From Planctomycetota bacterium (GTDB lineage Bacteria; Planctomycetota; UBA8108; SXIK01), in NCBI GenBank assembly GCA_965223265.1, contig OZ244999.1, forward strand, positions 8,576,001 to 8,640,000: 64,000 nt of DNA, given 5' to 3'. Shown one piece after another: positions 27,772 to 37,901 of this stretch. The position numbers and the translations under genes are program-made. Numbering within the stretch: the stretch's first letter is position 1; every line of letters begins with the position of its first letter. The notes beneath the pieces were generated by a model. That model was given only the letters and a program-made list of their open reading frames with translations, ran no database searches and was not told the origin of the DNA.

Positions 27772-30700
27772 TTAGCCTGAATCGCGCTTGCGCAGTTCCG
27801 TCGGCTTGATGTTGAGCTGCTGCAGCCGGATGTAGAGGTTGCGCTTGGTCATGCCGAGCTCGCGAGCCATGGAATCGAGCTTGCCACCGAATCGTTCGAA
27901 GAGGTGCAGCATGTACTCACGCTTGACCGTCTGCACGACCTCATCGAAGGTGCGGTTCTCAAGGATCCACCGCGGAAAGCGCGACGAATGCCCGTCGATA
28001 CCCAGGGCCTGGCGGAGATCATTCTCGCTGACCGAGCCAACGGCCGTGAGTGCCAATCGTCGCAGTACGGACTCCAATTCGCGCACGTTTCCCGGCCACG
28101 TGTGCGCTTTGAGTGTCTCAATGGCTCCAGTCGGCAAGATCAACGGCGACGCAAGCTGTCTCTGAAACTGCTCGATCAGCGATGGTATGTCTTCTGCGCG
28201 CTCCCTAAGCGGGGGAACGTCTAGTGTGATCCGAGCCAGCCGAAAGTAAAGATCGGAGCGAAACTGTCCCTGTCGGCACAGCTCACGGAGATCTCGTTGG
28301 CTCGAGGCAATCACGCGAAGATCGAGCTCCACCGACTTCCGACCGCCGAGCGGGCGTACGCGACCAGATTCAATCGCGCGTAGAAGCTTGCTTTGAACCT
28401 CCAGGGGCAACGAGTCGACGTGGTCGAGGTAAAAGGTGCCGTGGTTGGCGGCTTCCAAGTAGCCAGGTTTCGATTTTTCGGCTCCCGTGAACGCTCCTGC
28501 CTCGTAGCCGAACAACTCGGCTTCGAACAGCTCCATTGGCACCGCTGAACAATCGTGCGCTACGAACGGCTGCTGGCGTCGCTGGCTGATCGAGTGGACG
28601 TAGCGCGCGAGGTAATCTTTGCCGCTACCCGACTCACCGCTGATCAGCACCGGGAGGTTCGATTCGCGCGTTCGATGCACCAGCGTCATGAGTTCCTTCA
28701 TGCGCGGCGATTGCCACGTGACGCGCAGTGGCGACGCAATCTCGTGGGTACGCGATCGTGACACCAACGAGGCAGTCGACTCTCCGCTCGCTTGGGCGGG
28801 TCGTGCGGCGAGATTGAAGCTACAGGCGAGGATCTGCGCTGCGACGTCGAGAAAGGCCATACACTCGCGCCTCTCCCCATGCCCCGAACCCGGCGCCAAT
28901 TCGATGTAAAGCACGCCAAGGCGCGGTTGATTCCACGACCTAACCGCCGCGCAGTAGCCACGCTTGAATTCGCTGGCGGCATTTCGCAATGCCTCCGGGC
29001 GGAGCGCTGTGAGCTGGCTCTCGCGGCTGCTACGCCGCGTGCACACGACCGTCAACTCCTCACTACTCTCACAGAAGAGCGCGCCACCGGGGGAGTGTAG
29101 CACTGCAAGGATTGACTCGATCGCCTCTCGCAGATCCGGGCACGAGCCGAGGCGGCGAAGCGCTGCGAGGCGTTGGGTCGCGCGCTGCTGCAGCTCGAGG
29201 GCCTCGAGGTAAGCGGGTGGTGCGTCGAGTCCGAGCCGGAGACGATGGTTTCGCTGTAGGTAGGTGTTCTTGTCAGCAGCGTCGAGCCGCGATGCAAAGC
29301 GCTCTTGAGTTTCGCGCCAGTTGCTGGCGGGTCCTCCGCTGCTCTCCTCGCTGTCGATGAGCTCGCCCAACCATTCCCATTCACCCAGTCGCCTTTGACG
29401 TAGCCGGCTTTCCACGCTCACCGTTCCCGAACCTGGACCCGAACCTGGAGGTGTCGCCCCTTTGGCTGATGCCAGACGGGCGCGCTGCTCGAGCAGCTCC
29501 AAGCGGACAGTGCTCGCCCGCACAGCCGTCCCGGCTGCCTCAACAAATCCCCTGACTTCCTGCATCCATTTCTCGGCCTGCGCCACGCTCGAGCGTCTGA
29601 GTTCCGTGTCGGCTAAGAGCAAGCAGCACTCAACAATGCCCGCAGGTTGCTTGTAGCGGCGAAAGGCTTGACGTGTGTCTTCGAGAACGTGAGCCGCGCC
29701 TTCGTAGTCTGCGAGTTCCATCAGGGTCGCGCCTACGAACACACGATCCCAGATTCTGGAGGAATCGATCCGATCGTTCTTAGCGGGTCTTGAGCGGATT
29801 CTTTCAACTTTTGAATCGATCAAGGCTCGGGCCGCATCGCGGTGGCCGCAAAGCGCCTCGAGGTACGCGGCCCGCGTTTCCACGGCGTGGGCGAGGTGCT
29901 CGTCGTCTTTTTTGTGGCTGTCGAGCCGTTCGATCGTGCGGCGCGCATCGAGCCAACGTCCGAAGAGAAGGTCGTTTTCGAGGAGATTGACGAGCGCGTA
30001 GCTCGTGAAGAGCGGATCTTCCAGCTCGGAAGCGTGTCGATACGCTTCGTGCCACCACTCGGCTGCGTCGTTGAGTTCGATACGCTCGATCTGCGCTCTC
30101 GTGTAGGCGACGAGCAGACGCGCCCGGGTGGAGTCTTTGACAAGCGTCGTGCGCTGTTCAACGTTCGCGAGCTTTTCACGGGCGGCGGCCAAATCTCCAA
30201 CGCGGGCAAGAATGCTTGCGACGTTACATTCGATGCTGAACTTCGCCGTGTCGTCACCGAGTTCTCCTGCCAATCCCGCCGCACGTTTGTACACTTTGAG
30301 CGCTTCTGGCAAGCGGTTTGCCTGCATGTATGCGACGCCCAGGTTGTTGAGGATCAACGACAGCGCCTTTTCCGACGCACCGTCGCGCGCATGCTCGAGG
30401 CACTTGGAGTACTCCTCGATGGCGCGATCGTACTCGAGTTGCCTCAAGAAGGTATGCCCGGTGACGGAGTGGAGGTTCAGCGCGTGGGTTGAGTACGTCG
30501 CAGGTCCGAGGTCCTGCGCTCGTTCCGACGCAAGAATCTCGAGGCCGTGGTGGGCGAACGTCGTCGCGTGAGCGAACTTGTTCTGGTAGAGGTCGAGCGC
30601 CGCGATCTCATTGAGGATGTGGAGATGTTCGTCAACGTCGTCAACCCCCTCGAGCTCTTCGAGTCCCGCCTCGAGAAGCCGACGTGCCTGCGCCGTGTCG

Positions 30701-32877
30701 CCCCGCCGCTGCCGCGCTCCACCGCTCTTGCGAAGGAGGCGGACGCGAGCGCGCACTGGCAGACGGTCGTCGTCCAGTACTGCCTCGTAGCAAGCGACGG
30801 CGGCCTCCAGCTCCCCGATCTTTTGGTGGAGGTCGCCTTGTTCTTCCAGAAGATGCCGTTGATAAGGCTGCCGGGGTTGACTAGCGAGGATCGCTTTCGA
30901 TACCTCGAATGCAGCGTCGACTCGACCTTGGCTCTGAAGTTCATGGAAGACATCGATCGCGTAGGTCAAATCGTGCTCTTCGACCTGATTGGAAGAGACC
31001 AAGTAGATCGCAGCTTCGAGCTTCTTCTGCAGGTCATGAAAAGCCAGATCTCGAGCCCTTCTTCCGAACTGGCCTCGGTAACGACCCACGTCCGACGGTT
31101 TGAGATGGCGATGCCACTTAGCAGAATTGTCGCGAATCCCGAAACGGCGAGCCTCCGACTTGACGAGTCCCGCATCACAGAGGAGCTTCAGGGAGCGCCG
31201 CACCGAAGTTAGAGGTAGCCCGGTGACGTCGGCGAACACTTTCGCAGGGTATGGGCGGATCGCGGCTGCGAGAGCGCTCGCGACTTCCTTGTCTTCTGCG
31301 CTGAGATTCGGCCATTCGTCGTCGTCTTGCTGCGCCGCGGAGTGAATCGCGGCGCGATCGTCACACAGCTCGGTGAGGCGCCCCGGCAATCCATCGGCTC
31401 GCTCAACAATCCGCGCGATCTCCGTTGACGACAGGCGCGGAGCCAACCCGCGGGCGATCTGCGTTGCTGCCTGTGTGTTGACACCTGTGAGGCACAGCGA
31501 GACGCCTTTTTCGCCGGCCAGTTGATCGATTCCTTCTTCGAGGTCGACGGCGGCGATCGTGATGGCTAGCTGCACGGCTCCTGACGTCTGATGTACGGCT
31601 CCGGCAAGTCCTTGGAGCGTACGCCACAATGCCTCGCTGACCCCGGCATCCGCATCGATCACGAGAGCGAGTCGCGGGATCTTGTGTCTTTGGAGCGCTT
31701 CGACGGTCGATGCCCAGTTGTGTTTGCGAGATCCATCAGGTGTGACCAAGCGCGGGCGTGTCTTGAGCGTCGGTCTAGACAGCTTGTCTTCGTCGAGGTT
31801 GGCGAGGCTTGTGATGAGGGATGCTGCGGCTTCGGTGTCCGCGCTTTTGAGAGTCAAGGTCATGAATTCGGCGGCCACAAGCTCGGTCTCGAAGTGCTCC
31901 AGCAGTCTTGTCTTGCCGGAGCCCAGTGGGCCGGTGATCGCAAACGCGGAGACGCACTCGGTCGTCGCTTGTTCCAGCCAACTGAGGAAGCTTTGGAGCT
32001 CCTTCTCGCGCCCGACGAGCTCGTCGGACACTGGAATCACGTCGGCCGCGTCGTCGTCGCTCAACTTCGAGAGCGCAGCGCTCAACTCGCGTGCGTTCTG
32101 AAAGCGGTCTGCGGGAGACTTCTCGAGTAGCCGCTCGACGATGCGGCGGACTTCCGGTGGCAGCTTTTTCTGTACCCTTGGTTGAGCCTGTCGCTGGCGC
32201 CGCGCGATCTCTTCCACGCTCGTGCCGCTGATTGGGAACTTCCCCGTGAGGAGGCGATGGAAACAGACACCGAATGCGTAGAGGTCTGTTCGTTCGTCGA
32301 TGGTTTGATCGTCGCCGAAGCACTCTGGAGCCATGTAGTGAATGGTGCCGCGCGACGGTCGGCGTGGTGGTAGGCTCTTCCGTTCGTAGAGGCCAAAGTC
32401 GATCAACTTGACGCCGCCCTCTGGTGTGACGAGGATGTTTTGTGGCTTGACGTCGAGGTGAAGAAGGCCGCGCGCGTGCAGATACTCGAGTGCTTGAGCG
32501 ACTGCGCGCAGGTAGTGAAGAATCTCAGCTGCGGCGTCTCCGGGCGCGTCGCGCCGTAGCGCGGTCGCTTTGTCGTCCAAACTCTGCCCTTGGGTGTGCT
32601 CGAGGGCCAAGAACGCCTGCCCGGTCAGCGGCATCCGCCCGTAATCCAACACGCGAATGATCGACGCGTGACGGAGCTGGCGCAGGAGTCGAAACTCTCT
32701 GAGCAGCCCGTTCTCGACATCGCCGTCGCTGGCGATTTTCAGGGCTACCGGTCGGTCGGCCGCCAAGCGGTCAGCGGCGAGATAGACGTCGCTTGATCCG
32801 CCGCGCCCTAACTCGTTGAGGATCCGATAGCGAGGATGGAGGGGAGTATGGTCTTGGCGGCGAATGATCATCGGCAA
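27772..32877 (-). CDS. Ser/Thr kinase-AAA-TPR-sigma54-dependent enhancer-binding fusion protein
   Basis: LGRGGS, VALK, HLDVKPQN, DFG (kinase); GPLGSGKT; TPRs; GESGSGKD, GAFTGA, WPGNVREL, C-terminal Fis-type HTH. Confidence 0.92.
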   Translation of the reverse strand: MPMIIRRQDHTPLHPRYRILNELGRGGSSDVYLAADRLAADRPVALKIASDGDVENGLLREFRLLRQLRHASIIRVLDYGRMPLTGQAFLALEHTQGQSLDDKATALRRDAPGDAAAEILHYLRAVAQALEYLHARGLLHLDVKPQNILVTPEGGVKLIDFGLYERKSLPPRRPSRGTIHYMAPECFGDDQTIDERTDLYAFGVCFHRLLTGKFPISGTSVEEIARRQRQAQPRVQKKLPPEVRRIVERLLEKSPADRFQNARELSAALSKLSDDDAADVIPVSDELVGREKELQSFLSWLEQATTECVSAFAITGPLGSGKTRLLEHFETELVAAEFMTLTLKSADTEAAASLITSLANLDEDKLSRPTLKTRPRLVTPDGSRKHNWASTVEALQRHKIPRLALVIDADAGVSEALWRTLQGLAGAVHQTSGAVQLAITIAAVDLEEGIDQLAGEKGVSLCLTGVNTQAATQIARGLAPRLSSTEIARIVERADGLPGRLTELCDDRAAIHSAAQQDDDEWPNLSAEDKEVASALAAAIRPYPAKVFADVTGLPLTSVRRSLKLLCDAGLVKSEARRFGIRDNSAKWHRHLKPSDVGRYRGQFGRRARDLAFHDLQKKLEAAIYLVSSNQVEEHDLTYAIDVFHELQSQGRVDAAFEVSKAILASQPRQPYQRHLLEEQGDLHQKIGELEAAVACYEAVLDDDRLPVRARVRLLRKSGGARQRRGDTAQARRLLEAGLEELEGVDDVDEHLHILNEIAALDLYQNKFAHATTFAHHGLEILASERAQDLGPATYSTHALNLHSVTGHTFLRQLEYDRAIEEYSKCLEHARDGASEKALSLILNNLGVAYMQANRLPEALKVYKRAAGLAGELGDDTAKFSIECNVASILARVGDLAAAREKLANVEQRTTLVKDSTRARLLVAYTRAQIERIELNDAAEWWHEAYRHASELEDPLFTSYALVNLLENDLLFGRWLDARRTIERLDSHKKDDEHLAHAVETRAAYLEALCGHRDAARALIDSKVERIRSRPAKNDRIDSSRIWDRVFVGATLMELADYEGAAHVLEDTRQAFRRYKQPAGIVECCLLLADTELRRSSVAQAEKWMQEVRGFVEAAGTAVRASTVRLELLEQRARLASAKGATPPGSGPGSGTVSVESRLRQRRLGEWEWLGELIDSEESSGGPASNWRETQERFASRLDAADKNTYLQRNHRLRLGLDAPPAYLEALELQQRATQRLAALRRLGSCPDLREAIESILAVLHSPGGALFCESSEELTVVCTRRSSRESQLTALRPEALRNAASEFKRGYCAAVRSWNQPRLGVLYIELAPGSGHGERRECMAFLDVAAQILACSFNLAARPAQASGESTASLVSRSRTHEIASPLRVTWQSPRMKELMTLVHRTRESNLPVLISGESGSGKDYLARYVHSISQRRQQPFVAHDCSAVPMELFEAELFGYEAGAFTGAEKSKPGYLEAANHGTFYLDHVDSLPLEVQSKLLRAIESGRVRPLGGRKSVELDLRVIASSQRDLRELCRQGQFRSDLYFRLARITLDVPPLRERAEDIPSLIEQFQRQLASPLILPTGAIETLKAHTWPGNVRELESVLRRLALTAVGSVSENDLRQALGIDGHSSRFPRWILENRTFDEVVQTVKREYMLHLFERFGGKLDSMARELGMTKRNLYIRLQQLNIKPTELRKRDSG

Positions 32878-33009
32878 GGGGCTGGCGAGTTGAGCTGCAA
32901 GGGCCAGCTACAGCCTTTTCGACATAACAAACAACGCCGCAATTGGAGCTGTCGCCGGACACCAACACGCTGTCCCCCTCGACCTCGACGACCTCAGGCG
33001 AGACGTCGC

Positions 33010-33999
33010 TCAGAGATCACAGTCGGTCACAACGTCGCTCGAGGACAGCGCCACGAGCTGGCGGTCCGAAGTGTCGGTGAACAAGCTGTCGAGAAGGAAG
33101 ATGGGGTCGCTGATATCTACGAGCGCGTCGAGGTTGACGTCGGCGGAGCGCTCACAGGCGAGATCGCCACCTTCCTGGAAGAGGAACTCCAAGATCCGGA
33201 TAGGATCCGAAATATCAACGGTACCGTCAGAATTTGCATCGCCAAGTCGAAAAACCCCGATCTCGCCGATGATGTCGACTCGAATGAAGCCATCCTCGAC
33301 TTCTAGCTCCAAAAGTTCGGGGTCAGCGAACTGGTCCTCTGGCGCAAACGGCGTGCCCGAACGCCGGGCAGCGTTGTAAACCGCCATGTCGTTGTAAGCG
33401 AAGTGGCCGACGAACTCGGCTTCGCCGTCGACCGCGAAACGGAGCTCATAGGTATCCAACGCGACGCCTTCTCGGACGTGAAACTCGATTTCGGCCGAGT
33501 TGAGAAGACCCGGAGGAATTGCGAACGCGCCGCGGCCTTCGAAGTCGGCCACGACGTTAACTTGCAGCCAGCCGGCATCGGGGTCGACGTGGTATTCGAA
33601 AACCGACTCGCTGCCGACACGGTCCAAGAGCTTTTGCAATCCGGTCGACGGCACTACGTCGACGAACTCAAAGATCGTCGGATCGAACAGGAGGCTGAAC
33701 GCAAACATTGACAAGGCCTCGGTCGCCTCAAGATCGAAGGGCACGCGAACCGCACTGCCGACTCCGCCAACGACTTGGCCGAGACGAAATCGCGCCCCCG
33801 ACAATTCAGTTTCCGCGGCGCCATCGTTGCCTTCGTTCTGGCCTTCGCCTGCGTCATCGTTCGCGCCTTCCGCATCCGCGAACAGAGCCGGAAGCGGTGC
33901 GAAAAGTGACCTGTTGGTTCCCCAGGAGACCGCGGCCACGGCGATCAATATCGCCGCCGCGAGACAGCGACCCGGCGTCGGGAACTCACTTGGCCTCAT
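33010..33999 (-). CDS. Secreted cohesin-like + dockerin-like (EF-hand) domain protein
   Basis: Signal peptide; FAFSLLFDPT (cohesin-like); FRLGDANSDGTVDISD...ADVNLDALVDISD. Confidence 0.75.
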   Translation of the reverse strand: MRPSEFPTPGRCLAAAILIAVAAVSWGTNRSLFAPLPALFADAEGANDDAGEGQNEGNDGAAETELSGARFRLGQVVGGVGSAVRVPFDLEATEALSMFAFSLLFDPTIFEFVDVVPSTGLQKLLDRVGSESVFEYHVDPDAGWLQVNVVADFEGRGAFAIPPGLLNSAEIEFHVREGVALDTYELRFAVDGEAEFVGHFAYNDMAVYNAARRSGTPFAPEDQFADPELLELEVEDGFIRVDIIGEIGVFRLGDANSDGTVDISDPIRILEFLFQEGGDLACERSADVNLDALVDISDPIFLLDSLFTDTSDRQLVALSSSDVVTDCDL

Positions 34000-34108
34000 T
34001 CTTGGCCTCACCCTGCATCAGTGGAATATCAGACGGTCAACTCCTGACGTTCGACCTTATCCCCTGGGGTGGCGGGTTGCAAGCGGCGGCGGGGTCGACG
34101 CCGGGATC

Positions 34109-34125
34109 TCGGCACGCCCTTTGCG
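34109..34125 (+). promoter_or_regulatory. Candidate sigma54 (-24/-12) promoter 1
   Basis: TCGGCACG-CCCT-TTGCG; exact GGCACG-N4-TTGC core. Confidence 0.55.
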
Positions 34126-34280
34126 CCGTGACGTTTTGGCGCTGTGAAGGAATCCTTCACGCCCTTCGGCAGGAGGTGTCAACACGACCTTACTGCCGCT
34201 ACAGTGAGACGTCACGACTCCGCCCAAGTTCTATTCGCAAATCTTTTTGAATAAATACTTTGCGAATGTCCTCTGGTTCG

Positions 34281-34296
34281 TGGCCAGCCGTTTGCA
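34281..34296 (+). promoter_or_regulatory. Candidate sigma54 (-24/-12) promoter 2
   Basis: TGGCCAGCCGTTTGCA (GG-N10-GC), preceded by an AT-rich tract. Confidence 0.5.
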
Positions 34297-34304
34297 AGAA
34301 AACC

Positions 34305-34415
34305 ATAGCCCTTCACTTCGGGCAGGGAGACGGGCAGGGGCCTGTGAAGGTTTTCCTTACGCGCCTCGTAAAAGCGAGCGCAGCCTGGGGTCGTCAGACC
34401 CCAGGCTCTTTTATT
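34305..34415 (+). ncRNA. Putative structured small RNA
   Basis: Lies between sigma54-like promoter 2 and a + strand intrinsic terminator; CCTTCAC/GTGAAGG stem; no credible CDS. Confidence 0.4.
34382..34415 (+). terminator. Rho-independent terminator
   Basis: AGCCTGGGGTC-GTCA-GACCCCAGGCT followed by CTTTTATT. Confidence 0.75.
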
Positions 34416-34455
34416 GTGGTTCAGGTTGTGGACCGCGACGGCTCACCTCGCGCGA

Positions 34456-35661
34456 TCAGTCCTCTTTGTAGTACACGGTGTCGACCGTCGCGGCCGTTTG
34501 GAAGGCGTTCTGCACCGCCTCGACCACCTGCGAGCTGTAGTAGAGGTCGACGGTTCCATTAACGGTGATCTCGGCGGTGTCGGACTCGCCCCGGTCGACG
34601 GCGCTGAAGGAGTCCGTCACCATGATGGCGCCGTAGACCTGCACCTCCGAGCCACCGCCGGTGAAGCGCAGGTCGCCGCGCACGACGATCAGGCCGTGGT
34701 ACTGAAAGTCGCCACTAATGTCGAGTGAGCCGTCGACGACAAGGATGCCGGCGCCGGTCGTCGTGCCGGCGAGAGTCAGGTCGCCTTCGACGCCAAGGAA
34801 TTTGAAGTCCTGACTCTCCCAGCTGCCCAGGTCTGCGCCTCGATAGGTGTCGCTGTCCAGAGGGGTCGCGAACGCGAAGAGCGTATCGGCGAGGTCGTTG
34901 ACATCCGCCTCCGTGGTTTCACCGACCGAGGGGTAGCCCCCCGCGCCTTCGAGTTGGTCATAGTTCCTTTCGTTCACCTGTGAGAGCAGGGCAGCGAGGT
35001 TTTCTCCTGAGTCGTCTGGGTCGGCCTCAGTCATCAGCGCCGGCAAATCGTCACCGTCCCCGTCCGAGCCGTCCGGGTTGGTGTCGTTGCCGGAGATGAA
35101 GAAAGCGTTGCCGCTGAAGTCGAGAGCGACGCTCGGGTCCACCACAAGTGAACCGACCTCGGGAACGGTGAAAGCGTCCGTCGTCTGGACGAGTTTCTCA
35201 ACCGTGATTCTCTCGCCGTCGCTGACCGCCGTTGCGAGGACGCGCTGAACGCCTGCGAACGAAGTGTCCACAACGGTCGTGTAGAGGGTCAGATCGAGCC
35301 GGTCCGATCCAATTCTGACGGGCACGACTCCAGGCTCGCCGTCGGTCGGCAGGCCGTCCGACTCGCCGTCGTCGAGCGTGCTTGGATAGCCGTCAGCGCC
35401 AAAGTCGCCGTTTTCCGTCCACTCCGTTGTGCCAATGAAGCCGGCGTCGCCGACGTTGTTTTTGAAGTCATGGATGGCGAGCGCCAGCCCTGATTCGGCG
35501 GCTCGCCGCAATTCAGACTGCGATTCGAAGAACGTCGCCTGTTGCTGGTTCTTGACGAAGAACGTCGTTTGAGCCATCGACAGTCCAGCCAGAAGCGTGA
35601 AGGCGATGACGGTGACGATGAGCGCGTTACCCTGGTTACGACCCGAAGAAATATGAAGCAT
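34456..35661 (-). CDS. PilX-like minor pilin (paralog 1)
   Basis: RNQG/NALIVTVIAF prepilin-like N-terminus, AAESGL, C-terminal GAGILVVDGSL/GLIVVRGD beta-helix. Confidence 0.75.
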   Translation of the reverse strand: MLHISSGRNQGNALIVTVIAFTLLAGLSMAQTTFFVKNQQQATFFESQSELRRAAESGLALAIHDFKNNVGDAGFIGTTEWTENGDFGADGYPSTLDDGESDGLPTDGEPGVVPVRIGSDRLDLTLYTTVVDTSFAGVQRVLATAVSDGERITVEKLVQTTDAFTVPEVGSLVVDPSVALDFSGNAFFISGNDTNPDGSDGDGDDLPALMTEADPDDSGENLAALLSQVNERNYDQLEGAGGYPSVGETTEADVNDLADTLFAFATPLDSDTYRGADLGSWESQDFKFLGVEGDLTLAGTTTGAGILVVDGSLDISGDFQYHGLIVVRGDLRFTGGGSEVQVYGAIMVTDSFSAVDRGESDTAEITVNGTVDLYYSSQVVEAVQNAFQTAATVDTVYYKED

Positions 35662-35733
35662 AGGCGACCTCTCTCTGTAGCTTGAGTTCCCGCAGCGGCG
35701 CCTTCAAGCGGAAGAAAGCGCCGAAAGAGAGCG

Positions 35734-35750
35734 TTCAAGAAACGTGCCCA
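35734..35750 (-). promoter_or_regulatory. Candidate sigma54-like promoter for PilX paralog 1
   Basis: Minus strand GGGCACG-TTTC-TTGA (GA instead of GC at -12), ~75 bp upstream of the ATG. Confidence 0.35.
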
Positions 35751-36045
35751 CATTTTCGTGCTCGTCGACAAACGATCTAACCGTTGGGATTACGGGGCGT
35801 TGTGGCAGTCCGCCCGAAGCGCGTCTCAAGACGCTTGTGAACACAGACGGGTCGCTCTGTCTGTCATCTGTACACGGGTTGCCTGTATGAACAGCTGGCC
35901 GGCCGCCGGAGACCTCTCGGCGCGTAAATGTTTCATCCTTTTGGGTCGTTCGCACTTACGGCCAACTACGCTGCCGCTCGGTTTGACGAGTTTCCGGGAA
36001 CATCGTACGTTTCGATCAGCAGACGAACTCTTGGGAGGATCAACA

Positions 36046-36624
36046 ATGATTGCGCTTCGTCAACTGAGCGCTGCCGAGCGGTCCGCGGGACTGACTCTGG
36101 CCAGCATGGCCGTGTATTTGGGGCTCATCGGGCTCTTTGGCGGGTTGATCTCTTCCGTCGTCATCGTGTCGACAAGGTCAACTGCCGAGAGCGACACCAT
36201 GAACCGAGTTGCTGAGCGTAATCGCGTGGCCGTGCTGCGCGTCGCCAGCGACATTAGAACGTCGCTCTCCGACACTTTGGCAATCGCAAACGGCGGCACG
36301 GCACTCGACTTCACGCTGCCTGGCTTTTTCGACGGCAGCGTGATCCAGCCTGGCGCGAGCATCCGCTACGAGCTGCAGTTGGTCTCCGGCGAGACCGCCA
36401 ACAGCGCTGACGACAATGGCAACGGCCTGATTGATGAGGGAGAGCTCGTACGCCGAGACATCACCGCGAGTGAAGTCGTCGCCATTTGCCAGGGACTCGA
36501 CCTCAACAACTCGAGTTTCGCGCTCAACGGAACTTCGGTGACGATCACGCTCACCAACATGGGTTCCATGCAGAACGATGACTACGAACTGACAAAGACG
36601 CTGACGGTCGCGTCGAGGAACTGA
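36046..36624 (+). CDS. PilW/PulJ-like minor pilin
   Basis: GGAGG RBS; ERSAG/LTLASMAV hydrophobic helix; DDNGNGLIDEG motif. Confidence 0.7.
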   Translation: MIALRQLSAAERSAGLTLASMAVYLGLIGLFGGLISSVVIVSTRSTAESDTMNRVAERNRVAVLRVASDIRTSLSDTLAIANGGTALDFTLPGFFDGSVIQPGASIRYELQLVSGETANSADDNGNGLIDEGELVRRDITASEVVAICQGLDLNNSSFALNGTSVTITLTNMGSMQNDDYELTKTLTVASRN

Positions 36625-36706
36625 GTTTTTGTAGAGATCTGTCCGGGTAGAGAAGCGTCGGATTTCCGGTTGCGAGTTTTTCAGGACACATCGAGGAAAG
36701 CACCCC

Positions 36707-37897
36707 ATGTTCCGGATGAAGCGTGACGAGGCTCAGCGCGGTAACGCGTTGATCCTGACACTGATTGCGTTCACTCTGCTCTTCGGCTTCTCGACAGCGC
36801 AGGTGATGGTCTACCTGAAGAACCAGCAGCAAGCGGATTTCTTCACGGAGAGGTCGCGCCTACGAAGCTTCGCCGAGTCGGGGCTGGCGATCGCGATCCA
36901 CGACGTTCGCGAGAACGTCACCGCGAATCCCGGTTTCGTCGGCACCCAGAACTGGACTGTCGACGTAGACTACGGCGCCGACGGCCTGCCGAGCACGCTT
37001 GACTACGGTGAGGGCGATGGCCTGCCGACGCCGGGTGAGCCAAACATTTCGCCGGAGCAGATTGGCGACGTCAGCGACTCCGCCAACCTGATCGTCTTCG
37101 TCGAGCCGACAGCGTTTGCAAACGTGCAGCGCGTCATTGCCACCAGTTACACCAACGAGGAGAGCGTGACGGTCGAGGAGCTTCTGCAGACCGATGTCGT
37201 CCAAGTGCCAAAGGTGGCTGCCGTCTACGTCGACCCAACCTCGGCGCTTGATCTCAAGGGCAACGCCTTCATGATCGACGGTAACGATTACAACCCCGAT
37301 GGGACGGCCGGCCCAGAGTCGGCGCTTCCGGGGATCGTCACCGAGAATGGCGACCCGCCCGGGGACAACCAGGCGGCGCTGCTGAGCCAGTTGCAGACGG
37401 CGGACTATGATCAGATCGACGGTCTCGGCGGCACGCCGTCGCTCGGTGAGACGGATCCTGTGGACGTCTCCGCGCTCGTCTCCGAGTTCATGAGCGTCAG
37501 CACAAATCCCGTCACCGCCGGCACCTACTCGAACATCACTTGGGGTGACTGGAACTCGAGTCAACTGGAGGTGACGACGGTTGAGGGCGACCTCCATCTG
37601 ACCGGGAATGGCTCTGGCGCCGGCGTGCTCGTTGTCGACGGCGATCTGACCATCGCCGGTGACTTCACGTTCAACGGCTTGATCTTGGTGCGCGGCGACG
37701 TACGGCTCACGGGCGGTGGCTCGTCGGTGCACGTCTACGGTTCCGTCCTGGTCACCGAGTCGTTCAACGCGATTGATTCAGAGCTCTCGGTCCTGGGTAC
37801 GGCCGATCTTTTCTACAGCTCCGAAACATTGAATGCGGCGCAGACCCTGATCAACGGGAATCCTGACTACGTCGCTGTCTACTACGACGAGGAGTGA
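36707..37897 (+). CDS. PilX-like minor pilin (paralog 2)
   Basis: AQRG/NALILTLIAF, FAESGL; colinear paralog of 34456-35661. Confidence 0.78.
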   Translation: MFRMKRDEAQRGNALILTLIAFTLLFGFSTAQVMVYLKNQQQADFFTERSRLRSFAESGLAIAIHDVRENVTANPGFVGTQNWTVDVDYGADGLPSTLDYGEGDGLPTPGEPNISPEQIGDVSDSANLIVFVEPTAFANVQRVIATSYTNEESVTVEELLQTDVVQVPKVAAVYVDPTSALDLKGNAFMIDGNDYNPDGTAGPESALPGIVTENGDPPGDNQAALLSQLQTADYDQIDGLGGTPSLGETDPVDVSALVSEFMSVSTNPVTAGTYSNITWGDWNSSQLEVTTVEGDLHLTGNGSGAGVLVVDGDLTIAGDFTFNGLILVRGDVRLTGGGSSVHVYGSVLVTESFNAIDSELSVLGTADLFYSSETLNAAQTLINGNPDYVAVYYDEE

Positions 37898-37901
37898 TCC
37901 G

